From contig OZ242029.1 in assembly GCA_965205015.1 (NCBI GenBank), positions 2,592,001 through 2,656,000 of the forward strand: DNA of 64,000 nucleotides, read 5' to 3'. This DNA is from Candidatus Poribacteria bacterium. GTDB taxonomy: Bacteria; Poribacteria; WGA-4E; WGA-3G. Below are positions 10,484 to 21,305 of the stretch, one piece after another. Position numbers and translations under genes: made by a program. The notes beneath the pieces are model-generated. The model saw only the letters and a list, made by a program, of their open reading frames with translations. It was not told the origin of the DNA and ran no database searches. The first letter of the stretch is position 1. Each line of letters starts with the position of its first letter.

Positions 10484-11809
10484 ATGTACACGAATATATC
10501 CTCATATAACACATCGACGGTCAATCCGCAGATTCACTCTATCACTATAGGGGGGATATGTAGTCTATTAGCGGTTGCCTTGATGTTTCTTTTTCCACTT
10601 TCCACTCCGTATGCACAAACAACAGAATCGGGCGATATTCAAGGCGCGGTTATTGATAGAAATCGGGACAAACCGCTCATCGCGCAGCCTATAGTCCTTA
10701 CTATCCATAAGGGGGACGCTACTGAGACCCAAGAAACGGTGACGGATGAAAATGGAACCTATCATTTTGGGAATCTTCCACTCGATCCTCTTGTCCACTA
10801 TACAGTTTCTACGGTTCATGAAGGAACCGACTACACTGAGAAGGACGTAGTTTTATCCACGTGGGTTTCGCGCATCAAAATTGACTTTGAGATCGGGGGA
10901 TTTACAGATGACAAAACGCAAATTCGTGTGAATTCACATAGTTTCGTCATTACCCCTCCACCTCCCGATCACGCCCCAGATGGTGCCGTCACAATTATGG
11001 AAGCAATTGGGATTGAAAACCTGAGCGACCTCCCTTTTCAAACAACGCACGGCACGCAGACAGTCGGACTGCATTTATCCCTTCCAAAAGGGACCGAGGG
11101 TTTTCAGCCACATCAGACAACAGAACTCGCAATAAATCCTGCTACCAATCAAGCCATCCGCATGACACCCTTGCCAGCAGGAGAAACGCATTTAGGCTAT
11201 ACTTATATTTTTCACGTCGAAAAAGATAAATTGGATTTATCGCGTCGCTTGAATTTTGCGACGACGGAATTCTTATTCTTTGTCCCCGAAGGTATCAACT
11301 TTGCGCCGCGTGCGAAGTTTTTCGGCGCGCCAAAGCGCGAACAGATTCACGGTAATATTTATCTTATATATCAAAGCACTGCGCCAGAAGCGTTTGCTGC
11401 TGGTACAACAGTTGATTTGGCACTGAATGTAAACATGGGTTCCGCCCGTGGTGCCTTACCGGGACAAACATCTTCTAACCTGGGGCAATTGATACTTATT
11501 GCTGTCGCAGCAGCATTGACCGGTGGATTCTTCGTCGCCGCTCTCTTTAAACTGCGCACAGCAAACACCAGTAACACGTCTGACCCCGATGATAACACCA
11601 CAACACCCTCAGACGCAGGCTGGCTCCGTAAACTGAGTCCAGAGGATCACGAGCATGTCCGCGTCGCAAGACTTGAATTTATTACGCATCTTGATGATAA
11701 GTATGAGAAGCAAGAGATTTCGGCGCGTGTCTATAAACGATTGCGCCGAGAACAAACCGAACGCCTTACGACACTCCTCGAAGAACAAACAAGGAGAACC
11801 GATGCATAG
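10484..11809 (+). CDS. Membrane-anchored periplasmic protein with carboxypeptidase-regulatory-like beta-sandwich domain
   Basis: Signal peptide, GDIQGAVID..TDENGTYHF, C-terminal TM, CcmI-like helical tail. Confidence 0.65.
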   Translation: MYTNISSYNTSTVNPQIHSITIGGICSLLAVALMFLFPLSTPYAQTTESGDIQGAVIDRNRDKPLIAQPIVLTIHKGDATETQETVTDENGTYHFGNLPLDPLVHYTVSTVHEGTDYTEKDVVLSTWVSRIKIDFEIGGFTDDKTQIRVNSHSFVITPPPPDHAPDGAVTIMEAIGIENLSDLPFQTTHGTQTVGLHLSLPKGTEGFQPHQTTELAINPATNQAIRMTPLPAGETHLGYTYIFHVEKDKLDLSRRLNFATTEFLFFVPEGINFAPRAKFFGAPKREQIHGNIYLIYQSTAPEAFAAGTTVDLALNVNMGSARGALPGQTSSNLGQLILIAVAAALTGGFFVAALFKLRTANTSNTSDPDDNTTTPSDAGWLRKLSPEDHEHVRVARLEFITHLDDKYEKQEISARVYKRLRREQTERLTTLLEEQTRRTDA

Positions 11810-12197
11810 CAAACACCACATCGCTGATCTGATCGTCATGTTGGGTCATATAGACGAAAACGTTCGAGATACCGCCAAAGCGGAATTGATCGCCATAGGC
11901 AAACCGGCTATTCCACAACTCATTGATGTGCTGACGCAGGAATGTTGGCATATCTCTGGGTACGGCGCCGAGTTTTATACCCACGTTGAAGAATCCGCCA
12001 TTCCTGTTTATATGGAGCAGATGGCGAATCATGCTGCGGAGGTATTGGCAAAAATCGGTGAATCGACCGTCCCCGCACTTACGGCGGAACTCACCAGAGC
12101 CGAACGTGAGTTTTCCGAATGGTTTTATAAGTACTTGCGACCCGAGCAAACCGACCGTCTTATCACAATGTTGGCGTATGTTAAAAAAGGTGAGTAG
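11802..12197 (+). CDS. HEAT-repeat protein (short)
   Basis: AGGAG RBS before ATG 11802; VRDTAKAELIAIGKPAIPQLIDVL. Confidence 0.7.
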   Translation: MHSKHHIADLIVMLGHIDENVRDTAKAELIAIGKPAIPQLIDVLTQECWHISGYGAEFYTHVEESAIPVYMEQMANHAAEVLAKIGESTVPALTAELTRAEREFSEWFYKYLRPEQTDRLITMLAYVKKGE

Positions 12198-12809
12198 ATG
12201 GACAACGAACACGTCATAGCCGACTTGATTGATGCGTTGTCGGATGTGGAGGATGATGTCCGAGACGCCGCAAGAAAGGAATTGGTCGCTATCGGCGACC
12301 CCGCGATTCCACAACTCATTGAGGCGCTTTCAGAAAATTTGTGGGATGTTCCCGACCAAGCGGCGGACATTTTGGCAGAGATCGGTGCTTCCGCAGTGCC
12401 AGCACTTATGGAAGAATTGGCAATAGCTGAACGACATCACGCCCTCTGCATAAGCGATACGTTAGGTAGAATTGGAGCCCCCGCTATCCCGGCACTGCGC
12501 GAAGCCTTACAGGATTTAGATGAACAACTCCGTGAATATGCTGTTCGGGCATTGGGTAACATGGGATCAGGGGCAATTGGGGCGATACCGGTTCTCATTG
12601 AAGCCTTAAGCGACCCAGAGGAAGAGGTTCGGACCTATAGTGCGTATGCAATCTCAAACCTTGAGGCAGCTGCCGCGGCGGCTGTACCTGCGTTAATCAA
12701 GGCATTATCGGACGATTCCGAGCGGGTTCAACATCATGTAGCGTATGCGTTGGATAAAATCGGAACTCCGGAAGCGAAACAGGCGCTCATGGCACTCAGT
12801 CAAGCGTAG
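12198..12809 (+). CDS. HEAT-repeat (PBS lyase-like) protein
   Basis: Repeated AIP.LI.ALSD...VR..A..AL units. Confidence 0.88.
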   Translation: MDNEHVIADLIDALSDVEDDVRDAARKELVAIGDPAIPQLIEALSENLWDVPDQAADILAEIGASAVPALMEELAIAERHHALCISDTLGRIGAPAIPALREALQDLDEQLREYAVRALGNMGSGAIGAIPVLIEALSDPEEEVRTYSAYAISNLEAAAAAAVPALIKALSDDSERVQHHVAYALDKIGTPEAKQALMALSQA

Positions 12810-12978
12810 GACAAAAATTTTATACGCCCTGAAATGGTTACGAAGCATCAAGTATTCCCATATTTTGATGTGTATTCATGGTTACAGAATTCGCTGAAAA
12901 TCTGTTTTGGATAGATTGAATTCATAGAAATTCGTGTCTGATAAACGTTGTGGTAAATTCTCCAAAACTTAAAAAAAC

Positions 12979-13007
12979 TTGAAAAATTGCATCAAATGTA
13001 GTATAAT
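12979..13007 (+). promoter_or_regulatory. sigma70-like promoter for the 2-oxoacid oxidoreductase genes
   Basis: TTGAAA-17-TATAAT in AT-rich intergenic DNA. Confidence 0.65.
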
Positions 13008-13201
13008 TAAAAAAAGAAAAATGTTTTATCTGTTCATGAATATTAAGAATAAAGGCGCGAATATCGCAATGTAACTAACAAACGAATCCATTTGCTTATT
13101 TGTCTACTATTCTGGTGTCGTCAGGTTTATCGAACTGTGGCGTATCTTCGGTGAATTCGCTACACCGGAATGGAGTACAAAAAGTTAGAAAGGGAGCCAA
13201 G

Positions 13202-14986
13202 ATGGCAAAATACGATTTTGTAATCGCTGTAGGAGGGGCACCCGGACAGGGAATAGACTCCGTCGGTCAGGTTTTGACGCGGATCTGTGCCCGGCACGGT
13301 TTGCATGTCTTTACCTACAGTGCCTACCAATCCCTCATCCGTGGCGGTCACACCTTCCTTACTGCCAGAATCAGTTCTGAACCGGTCGCGAACCAAGGCG
13401 ACAAGCTTGATCTGGTGATTGCCTTAGACCGGAATAGCTTAGAAACCCACCTTCCACATGTTGCCCCGGGCGGTACACTCATCTATAATAGCGATGATGT
13501 CAAGCAAGCACCAGAACGCGATGATATACAACTCGCACCTCTGTCCTATCAAGAGCTGTCTAACAACACCGATAGAAAAAAGATAATGCTAAACGTCTGT
13601 ATGCTCGGTGCGGCGCTGAAACTTGTAGGCGGAGATTTAAAGGTGTTTGAGGATATGCTCACGATTCAATTCCTCAAACGCAAAGGCCAGGCGATGGTAG
13701 ATGCGAACATTGGTGTCGCACGCGCTGGCTATAATCACGCAGCTGAAAACTTCACAGCATTCGATACCCAATTTGAGAAACAGGAACCAGCCCTCGCTGT
13801 GGTTGACGGTAATTCGGCAATGGCAATGGGCGGGGCAGCGGCAGGCGTCAAATTTTACGCCGCCTATCCGATGAGCCCCTCAACCGGTGTTCTCCACTGG
13901 ATGGCAAACAACGCTCGCGATCTCAGCATTATGGTACGCCAGTGCGAAGACGAAATTAGCGTTGTTAACATGGTTATTGGAGCAGCACACGCCGGGTGCC
14001 GCGCAATGTGCGCGACATCAGGTGGTGGATTCGCTCTCATGTCGGAAGCCATCGGTAGTGCCGGCATGATGGAAATTCCTATCGTCGTTATCAACGTCCA
14101 ACGCGGTGGTCCCTCCACAGGTTTGCCGACAAAGACGGAGCAGGGCGATCTATGGCAGATCCTCGGTGCCAGCCAGGGCGATTTCCCCAAGGTTGTTGTC
14201 GCACCGACGAGCATTATGGACGGCTTTGATGTTATCCCTGAAGTCTTCAATCTCGCGGACAAATTCCAGTGTCCCGCCATGGTCCTCTCTGATCTCACAT
14301 TGTCCATGGGGTTCACGACGTTCGAGCCAGATTCCATCAATTGGCAACCCGAAATAGACCGAGGTTCGCTCATTAATGGAGCCGAGCAGCCCGAAGGTAA
14401 ATACCTCCGCTACGAAATCACCGACAGCGGCATCTCACCGCGAGCGATTCCTGGCACACCGGGGCACGTTCACGTCGTCGCAACGGATGACCATGATGAA
14501 GACGGCACGCTGATTAGCGACGAATTCACGAACCCGCACAAACGCCGCGACATCATGGAGAAACGGCAACGGAAGATGGACGGTATCCTCGAACGCCTCC
14601 CGCCCCCAACGCTTGAAGGACCCGAAGATGCCGAAGTCACCCTGATTGGTTGGGGCTCCACACATAGTGTGATTGGCGAAGCCGCGCAACTCCTAACGGA
14701 AGCCGGTATTGCCACCAACCACATCCATTTCAAGTGGCTCTATCCCATAGACGAGGATGCGGTCAACGAAGTACTCGGCAAAGCCGGGCGTTCAATTATC
14801 GTTGAGTGTAACTACACCGGTCAATTCGCACGATTCCTGCGCGGTGAAACAGGCTTTAAGGCTGACGGTCAAATCCGCAAATATGACGGTGAGCCATTTA
14901 TGCCGCACCACATCGTTGACGGCGCCCGTGAATTCTTAGCAGGTAAGACCGACTTCTACGTGCCGTATCAAGAAATTGTCGTGTAA
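13202..14986 (+). CDS. korA: 2-oxoacid:acceptor (ferredoxin) oxidoreductase alpha subunit
   Basis: GGAPGQGI, IRGGH, AYPMSPS, EDEI, ATSGGGF, QRGGPSTGLPTKTEQGD; RBS AAGGGAG before ATG 13202. Confidence 0.93.
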   Translation: MAKYDFVIAVGGAPGQGIDSVGQVLTRICARHGLHVFTYSAYQSLIRGGHTFLTARISSEPVANQGDKLDLVIALDRNSLETHLPHVAPGGTLIYNSDDVKQAPERDDIQLAPLSYQELSNNTDRKKIMLNVCMLGAALKLVGGDLKVFEDMLTIQFLKRKGQAMVDANIGVARAGYNHAAENFTAFDTQFEKQEPALAVVDGNSAMAMGGAAAGVKFYAAYPMSPSTGVLHWMANNARDLSIMVRQCEDEISVVNMVIGAAHAGCRAMCATSGGGFALMSEAIGSAGMMEIPIVVINVQRGGPSTGLPTKTEQGDLWQILGASQGDFPKVVVAPTSIMDGFDVIPEVFNLADKFQCPAMVLSDLTLSMGFTTFEPDSINWQPEIDRGSLINGAEQPEGKYLRYEITDSGISPRAIPGTPGHVHVVATDDHDEDGTLISDEFTNPHKRRDIMEKRQRKMDGILERLPPPTLEGPEDAEVTLIGWGSTHSVIGEAAQLLTEAGIATNHIHFKWLYPIDEDAVNEVLGKAGRSIIVECNYTGQFARFLRGETGFKADGQIRKYDGEPFMPHHIVDGAREFLAGKTDFYVPYQEIVV

Positions 14987-14995
14987 TAAAGGAGA

Positions 14996-15913
14996 ATGAA
15001 TCAGATGGCGAAACGAGAGCGATCTACTCGAAAAGAAAGACCCGTTAAGGGCGCGCCTACGGCGAAAGACTTTCAAGGGGATGTGCGTCCGGATTGGTGC
15101 CCAGGCTGTGGTGATTATGGGGTCCTGAGTTCCCTACAAAGTGCTTATGCCAAACTCGGCAAAGGGAATCATGAACACCTCACCGTGAGCGGCATTGGAT
15201 GTTCCTCTAACCTGCCAGGTTACATCGAAACGTATGGGATGCACACGCTCCATGGACGTTCTCTGGCTGTAGCTACCGGTGCGAAACTTGCCAATCACGA
15301 GATGAATGTGGTTGTTACCGGGGGCGATGGAGACGGATACGGTATCGGTGGAAACCATTTTGTGCACACGATGCGGAAGAATATTGATCTTCTCTATATC
15401 GTGATGAACAACCAGATTTATGGGCTCACCATCGGTCAAGCTTCTCCCACCAGCATGCTCGGAATGGCAACCAAAAGCACACCCTTCGGGAACATAGAAG
15501 CACCCCTTAACCCGATTGCTATGGCGATTGTCACGGGGGCGACCTATGTTGCCAGGGGATTTAGTGGCAACCCAAGACAGCTGACGGAATTGATGTACAA
15601 CGGCATGCAACACAGGGGATTTGCTCTTATTGATGTGTTTAGCCCCTGTATCACCTTTAATAAGGATAACACGAGTGCCTTTTTCAAACAGCGTGTCCTG
15701 GAGCTGGAAGGTCATGATCCAAGCGATAAGACCACGGCACTTGAACAAGCCGTCAAGTGGGGAGACGAGATCCCGATCGGACTGTTCTATCAAGATACAA
15801 GCCGTCCCGCTTTGGATGAAATGGAACCCGTTTTGGAAAACGGTCCCATGGCGCGTCAATCGCTCGGTATTACCCAAGAACAGGGCGACGCGATTGTTCA
15901 GCGTATGATGTAA
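14996..15913 (+). CDS. korB: 2-oxoacid:ferredoxin oxidoreductase beta subunit
   Basis: WCPGCGD, SGIGCS, HGR, GDGD..NN TPP-binding motif, SPC. Confidence 0.94.
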   Translation: MNQMAKRERSTRKERPVKGAPTAKDFQGDVRPDWCPGCGDYGVLSSLQSAYAKLGKGNHEHLTVSGIGCSSNLPGYIETYGMHTLHGRSLAVATGAKLANHEMNVVVTGGDGDGYGIGGNHFVHTMRKNIDLLYIVMNNQIYGLTIGQASPTSMLGMATKSTPFGNIEAPLNPIAMAIVTGATYVARGFSGNPRQLTELMYNGMQHRGFALIDVFSPCITFNKDNTSAFFKQRVLELEGHDPSDKTTALEQAVKWGDEIPIGLFYQDTSRPALDEMEPVLENGPMARQSLGITQEQGDAIVQRMM

Positions 15914-15925
15914 AGACGAAAGAAA

Positions 15926-15973
15926 GACGGAAGGATGGAAGTGCCCTCGCAATCTTCCAACCTTCCCGTCTTC
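15926..15973. repeat. GGAAG/CTTCC intergenic hairpin repeat
   Basis: gacggaaggatggaag ... cttccaaccttcccgtc imperfect inverted repeat; a weaker copy follows at about 15985-16026. Confidence 0.5.
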
Positions 15974-16049
15974 CAAAACGATAGACGGACGGGAGGATGG
16001 GAGATGGAAGAACTTCCACTTTTCCAGTCAGTATGGAATCATTGACATC

Positions 16050-16769
16050 ATGCGCCTTCGTGCTTCCCAACTCACAAAGGACTTCGGACATCGCACGATT
16101 GTCAAAGGTGCTACACTCTCCGTTCAGCCCGGAGAGGTGGTTACGATTTTCGGTCCCAACGGTGCCGGTAAGACAACGCTCATCAAAATTCTCGCAACTC
16201 TCCTGAAACCGACCTCTGGAAAACTTGAGATTGAAGGTACGGATGCAATCGCAGATGACTCGGACGTCCGTCGCAGGTTGGGGGTCGTTATTCATGAAAA
16301 TCTCGCCTACCCAGCGTTCAGTCCCTATGAGAACCTCAAGTTTTTCGGACAGATGTACGGCATTAAGCAGTTGGAACATCGTGCGACAACACTGCTTACT
16401 GAAGTCGGGTTACAGCGTTTTTTGCATGAACCCCTTCGTATCTTCTCTCGCGGCATGACGCAGCGTTTCATGATCGCGAAAGCCCTTCTCCATGCCCCCT
16501 CAGTGTTGTTACTCGATGAACCCTTCTCCGGACTGGATGCTGCTGCCAGACAGTTTGTCCTTGATCGTATCGCGCAAGAACGCCGAAAAGGCACAGGCAT
16601 CGTCATTACAACACACAACACGGAGTTGGGGTATCTTGCTGGCATACGGTTCCTCTTCATGATAAATGGGGAATTGGAAGAGATTGCAGAGAAAAATGAA
16701 ATCAAAGCAGAGACATTACTGCGCATGTATGAGAAACGGCTAACACACAACGCTCCGAGAGGACTATAG
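16050..16769 (+). CDS. ccmA: Heme exporter ATP-binding protein CcmA
   Basis: GPNGAGKT, FSRGM signature, LLLDEP; adjacent to ccmB. Confidence 0.87.
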   Translation: MRLRASQLTKDFGHRTIVKGATLSVQPGEVVTIFGPNGAGKTTLIKILATLLKPTSGKLEIEGTDAIADDSDVRRRLGVVIHENLAYPAFSPYENLKFFGQMYGIKQLEHRATTLLTEVGLQRFLHEPLRIFSRGMTQRFMIAKALLHAPSVLLLDEPFSGLDAAARQFVLDRIAQERRKGTGIVITTHNTELGYLAGIRFLFMINGELEEIAEKNEIKAETLLRMYEKRLTHNAPRGL

Positions 16770-16795
16770 AGCGTCTCTTTCAAAACGAGATAAAT

Positions 16796-17488
16796 ATGAA
16801 GGCATTCCGTCAGATTGGCGTGTTGATTCGTAAGGATCTTGGACTTCAATTCCGTTCAAAGGAGACGTTGGTATTAATCTTTGTTTTCAGCGTCCTGGTT
16901 GTCCTCATCTTCGCTTTTGCGTTCGGTCCGATTTTTCCTGAAAAGGTAGAACGCGGTAAATTAACCGCCAGTGTCCTCTGGGCGGCGTTCGTTTTCGCAG
17001 GAATTATTAGTTTGAACCGCTCATTCACCTTAGAACGTTCGCACGGCGCGATAGACGGGATTCGGCTCACCGGCGTTGATGCGAGTAACCTCTACCTCTC
17101 CAAAGTCGTTAGCAACGTCGTATTTCTGTTTCTGCTGGAAATTGTCATCACGCCCATCGCACTTCAATTCTTGGATCTGCTCGACGTAGTGACGCTGGGC
17201 ATATTATTGAAACTCTTCGGCGTGCTGAGTGTCGGCACGCTCGGTTTTTGCGCTGTTGGTGTCCTGTTAGCGGGCATGTCTACAAGCGCAAATGGCGGTG
17301 AAAGTCTGCTTTCCGTCATTCTACTTCCGCTCGTGATTCCCATCATTATAGGGGGTGCGAAATGCACTGTTTCACTGCTGGTAACCGGTGGATTAGAGGG
17401 CGGGTTCTGGCTGAAATTGATCGCCGCATATAGTTTAATCTTTTTAGCCGCTGCGTATCTACTCGCAGATGCCGTTATTGAAGAATAG
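16796..17488 (+). CDS. ccmB: Heme exporter permease CcmB
   Basis: Multi-TM protein with LNRSFTLE, LYLSK, LLSVILLPLVIP. Confidence 0.9.
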   Translation: MKAFRQIGVLIRKDLGLQFRSKETLVLIFVFSVLVVLIFAFAFGPIFPEKVERGKLTASVLWAAFVFAGIISLNRSFTLERSHGAIDGIRLTGVDASNLYLSKVVSNVVFLFLLEIVITPIALQFLDLLDVVTLGILLKLFGVLSVGTLGFCAVGVLLAGMSTSANGGESLLSVILLPLVIPIIIGGAKCTVSLLVTGGLEGGFWLKLIAAYSLIFLAAAYLLADAVIEE

Positions 17489-17523
17489 TGCCTGTCAGTT
17501 ATTAAAGAAGGCAGTCATTATAA

Positions 17524-18840
<1,317 letters not shown>

Positions 18841-18906
18841 ATCCTTGTATCCACATAGGGACAGCCTTCACGTTGTCCCAAAGTATCGCCATCAAAGGGA
18901 TGCCTT

Positions 18907-19194
18907 ATGAGAGTTTTTCGCCCAATCTTGTTCTTGATCGCGCTTGCCTTACTTCTCGTGAGTGTCAAGCAATTTATGAACGGTTACAGTGACTGGCAGC
19001 AAGCGCAGCTTGCCGAGAAAGCCTACCGTGCTGAGATACGGGCATTGGAGGCGGAACGCGATCGGTTTAAGCAACGCGTCGAAATGCTACAGAACGACCG
19101 CTTAACAAAGGAACGCCTCGCCAGAAAACGCCTCGGTTATATCAAGCCGGGGGAACTCAGATTTAAAGTTGTGAAACCCGATGTGGTTCAATAA
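18907..19194 (+). CDS. ftsB: Septum formation initiator FtsB/DivIC
   Basis: TM plus coiled coil, ERLARKRLGYIKPGE; eno-ftsB synteny. Confidence 0.82.
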   Translation: MRVFRPILFLIALALLLVSVKQFMNGYSDWQQAQLAEKAYRAEIRALEAERDRFKQRVEMLQNDRLTKERLARKRLGYIKPGELRFKVVKPDVVQ

Positions 19195-19230
19195 TTTATA
19201 TTGGATTCACAAATCCACTTAAATTTTTCT

Positions 19231-19258
19231 TTGATTTTTTTGAGCGTTGTGCTATAAT
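19231..19258 (+). promoter_or_regulatory. sigma70-like promoter with extended -10
   Basis: TTGATT-16-TATAAT with TG upstream of the -10. Confidence 0.5.
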
Positions 19259-19391
19259 AACGCGAAATTTCGCATGGTAGGCAACGGCACCTGTTGTGCC
19301 GATGATGTTATTAAGTCAACATTTTAAGGGAGGAGAAGATGTGAAATCCTCGATTTTTACAAATCTCTTTCGGAAAAAAGGAGAAAAGCGA

Positions 19392-19823
19392 ATGGCAGGG
19401 ATGATTCCGACAATTAGTTCTGGGGTTGCAGGACCGCTCGGCGTGTTACACCTCCCCCGATTCTGGTCGAAAGTGCTAATGGATGCTAAAGGTCAGCTGC
19501 ATGAGGATTATCCAGCATGCGGAGCAGGTTTCGATCAAATGGTGTTAGATGGACTCGGATTGGACAAAGACACTACACTGGCATACATCAGTGACAATTC
19601 TCCCACCTACCCACAGTTTGAAGCGTGGGTTTCGGAAAACGGAAGTTTTGACGATGCGGCAGTTGCTGACCTGAACGCTGCGATTTCAGGCTATAATCAC
19701 GACGATGATACCCGGGGGGGCATCCTGGGTGCAAGCGGCATTTCGGACGACGGCTCCATCTTAGATGCTGTTAATCTCAACAACCTTGATGACTGGTATG
19801 AATTGCACGCCAGTTTAGGATAG
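19392..19823 (+). CDS. DUF5069-like protein
   Basis: GVAGPLGVLHLPRFWSK..Y..CG.GFD; AGGAG RBS before ATG 19392. Confidence 0.7.
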   Translation: MAGMIPTISSGVAGPLGVLHLPRFWSKVLMDAKGQLHEDYPACGAGFDQMVLDGLGLDKDTTLAYISDNSPTYPQFEAWVSENGSFDDAAVADLNAAISGYNHDDDTRGGILGASGISDDGSILDAVNLNNLDDWYELHASLG

Positions 19824-19833
19824 ACCTTTGGAA

Positions 19834-19890
19834 CGTTTCGTGTAGGCGCGACGGAAAGACGCTCCTACACGAAACGCGCCTCTTTTTTTC
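19834..19890 (+). terminator. Probable intrinsic terminator between convergent genes
   Basis: CGTTTCGTGTAGG/CCTACACGAAACG 13-bp stem with a T-run shortly after. Confidence 0.65.
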
Positions 19891-19933
19891 CTTCCGAATT
19901 ATCTGTTCTTTCTGCCGTTAGTTTGATAACCTC

Positions 19934-21022
19934 TTAGCAACAGTCCGAGGATGAACAATTTCCACAATTGTCTGCCTCTGTTGTGAGTTCGATTGCCCTC
20001 CCCGCCTCAGAAGATTCGAGACCTGCGAGCAAAATCTCGGTGACATGCCGCGCCGTGTACGCGTTTGAGAGCGGCGGTTGTGTTCCGTCACGGATACATT
20101 CCGCGAAATGTTCGTGCATTCCGCTCGGTGCTGCATCCGAACAGTCGATCGCTTTGACATCGACCGGAGCATGTTCACGCGTATAAGAGGTGGGTGTCCA
20201 TTGACTGAGCGTCGCGCCATCTTTACCGGGCATCGTGAATTTGCCGGCTGTGCCGTGGACACTCGCTTCACCTGTACGCGCGGGATCGCACCAGCTCGTC
20301 TCTGCTGTGACAATTCCGCCCGATTGCATCTCAAGCACAAGCGTCGCGACGTCCTCTAATTCTGTCGGTTTGTCGAAGGTAGAAACGAAACCGGTCACCC
20401 GTTTGAAGGTGCCAAGCATCGCGACGAGCCCCGAAACGGCATAAACGCCCATGTCGAAAAGGGCGCCGACGCTTGCCTGTTTTGCATCGAAGAACCACAA
20501 ATCATCGCCAGATTCACCGAAGATGTCCCGAATCTCCGCGTAGTAGATCTCGGGACCGCCATGACTGCTCCGCATTCTTGCGCCCGACACCCGTCCAATC
20601 GCATCCTCCGCAATCAATTGGCGGATTTTATAGATAGCGGCGTTGAAATGTGGAAGACACATCACCGTTTTGCCACTCGCTTCGGTTGCCGCGACAAATT
20701 GATTCGCCTCATCCATATCACCACAGAGCGGTTTTTGCATAAGGACGTGTTTGCCGGCTTCCAATGCCTTGATACCCCACGAAACGTGTAAGGGGTGTGG
20801 GGTCCCGACAAGTATCGCATCAAGTGTGTCATCAGCGATAATTGCGTCGTAATCCTGTGTCCAGTGGGGTATGTCGAATTCTTGACATTGATGTCTCAGG
20901 CGGTGTTCGCGTCTGCCGCCGATGACACTCACTTCAAAATCGTTACCTTGTGCGAGGTCAGGCAGGTGCATCCGGCAAACGATACCGCCTGCACCGATAA
21001 CACCAAGTTTCAGTTTTTGCAT
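19934..21022 (-). CDS. Gfo/Idh/MocA family oxidoreductase with Cys-rich C-terminal tail
   Basis: GVIGAGGI, MQKP, GALFDMGVY; ends CGNCSSSDCC. Confidence 0.88.
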   Translation of the reverse strand: MQKLKLGVIGAGGIVCRMHLPDLAQGNDFEVSVIGGRREHRLRHQCQEFDIPHWTQDYDAIIADDTLDAILVGTPHPLHVSWGIKALEAGKHVLMQKPLCGDMDEANQFVAATEASGKTVMCLPHFNAAIYKIRQLIAEDAIGRVSGARMRSSHGGPEIYYAEIRDIFGESGDDLWFFDAKQASVGALFDMGVYAVSGLVAMLGTFKRVTGFVSTFDKPTELEDVATLVLEMQSGGIVTAETSWCDPARTGEASVHGTAGKFTMPGKDGATLSQWTPTSYTREHAPVDVKAIDCSDAAPSGMHEHFAECIRDGTQPPLSNAYTARHVTEILLAGLESSEAGRAIELTTEADNCGNCSSSDCC

Positions 21023-21102
21023 AACAATTCCTTTTTTTAATTTACTTTGCAGAGTCAGAGAGGGTGTTAAGTCCATTGCGTGCGTTTATGTCCATCCGTC
21101 CT

Positions 21103-21250
21103 CCATTTCATTACGGACTACGGATTTGGATGGAAGAACAGACTCCAAAACCCGTAGCCTGCAACAATACGCAGAAATACCCAAGCAAAGACACCAAGCA
21201 AAGACACCAAGCAATACGCAGAAATACCCAAGCAAAAACACGCAGGCAGA
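21103..21250. repeat. Composite intergenic repeat
   Basis: 25-bp direct repeat at 21165-21189 and 21212-21236; 13-mer CCAAGCAAAGACA about 2.6 times; shares blocks with 5733-5797. Confidence 0.75.
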
Positions 21251-21305
21251 TTTGAGGAGGGCACGTCCACGATTCGAATTCATAGCGTTTCTCCGCAAGG
21301 TATAA

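Noticed and set aside
15134-15976. 280-aa minus-strand ORF and similar long antisense ORFs
   Set aside because: They are antisense to well-supported genes such as korB and show no recognisable motifs.
21165-21236. Mini CRISPR array
   Set aside because: There are only two 25-bp copies, the intervening sequence is itself made of repeat fragments, and no cas genes are present.
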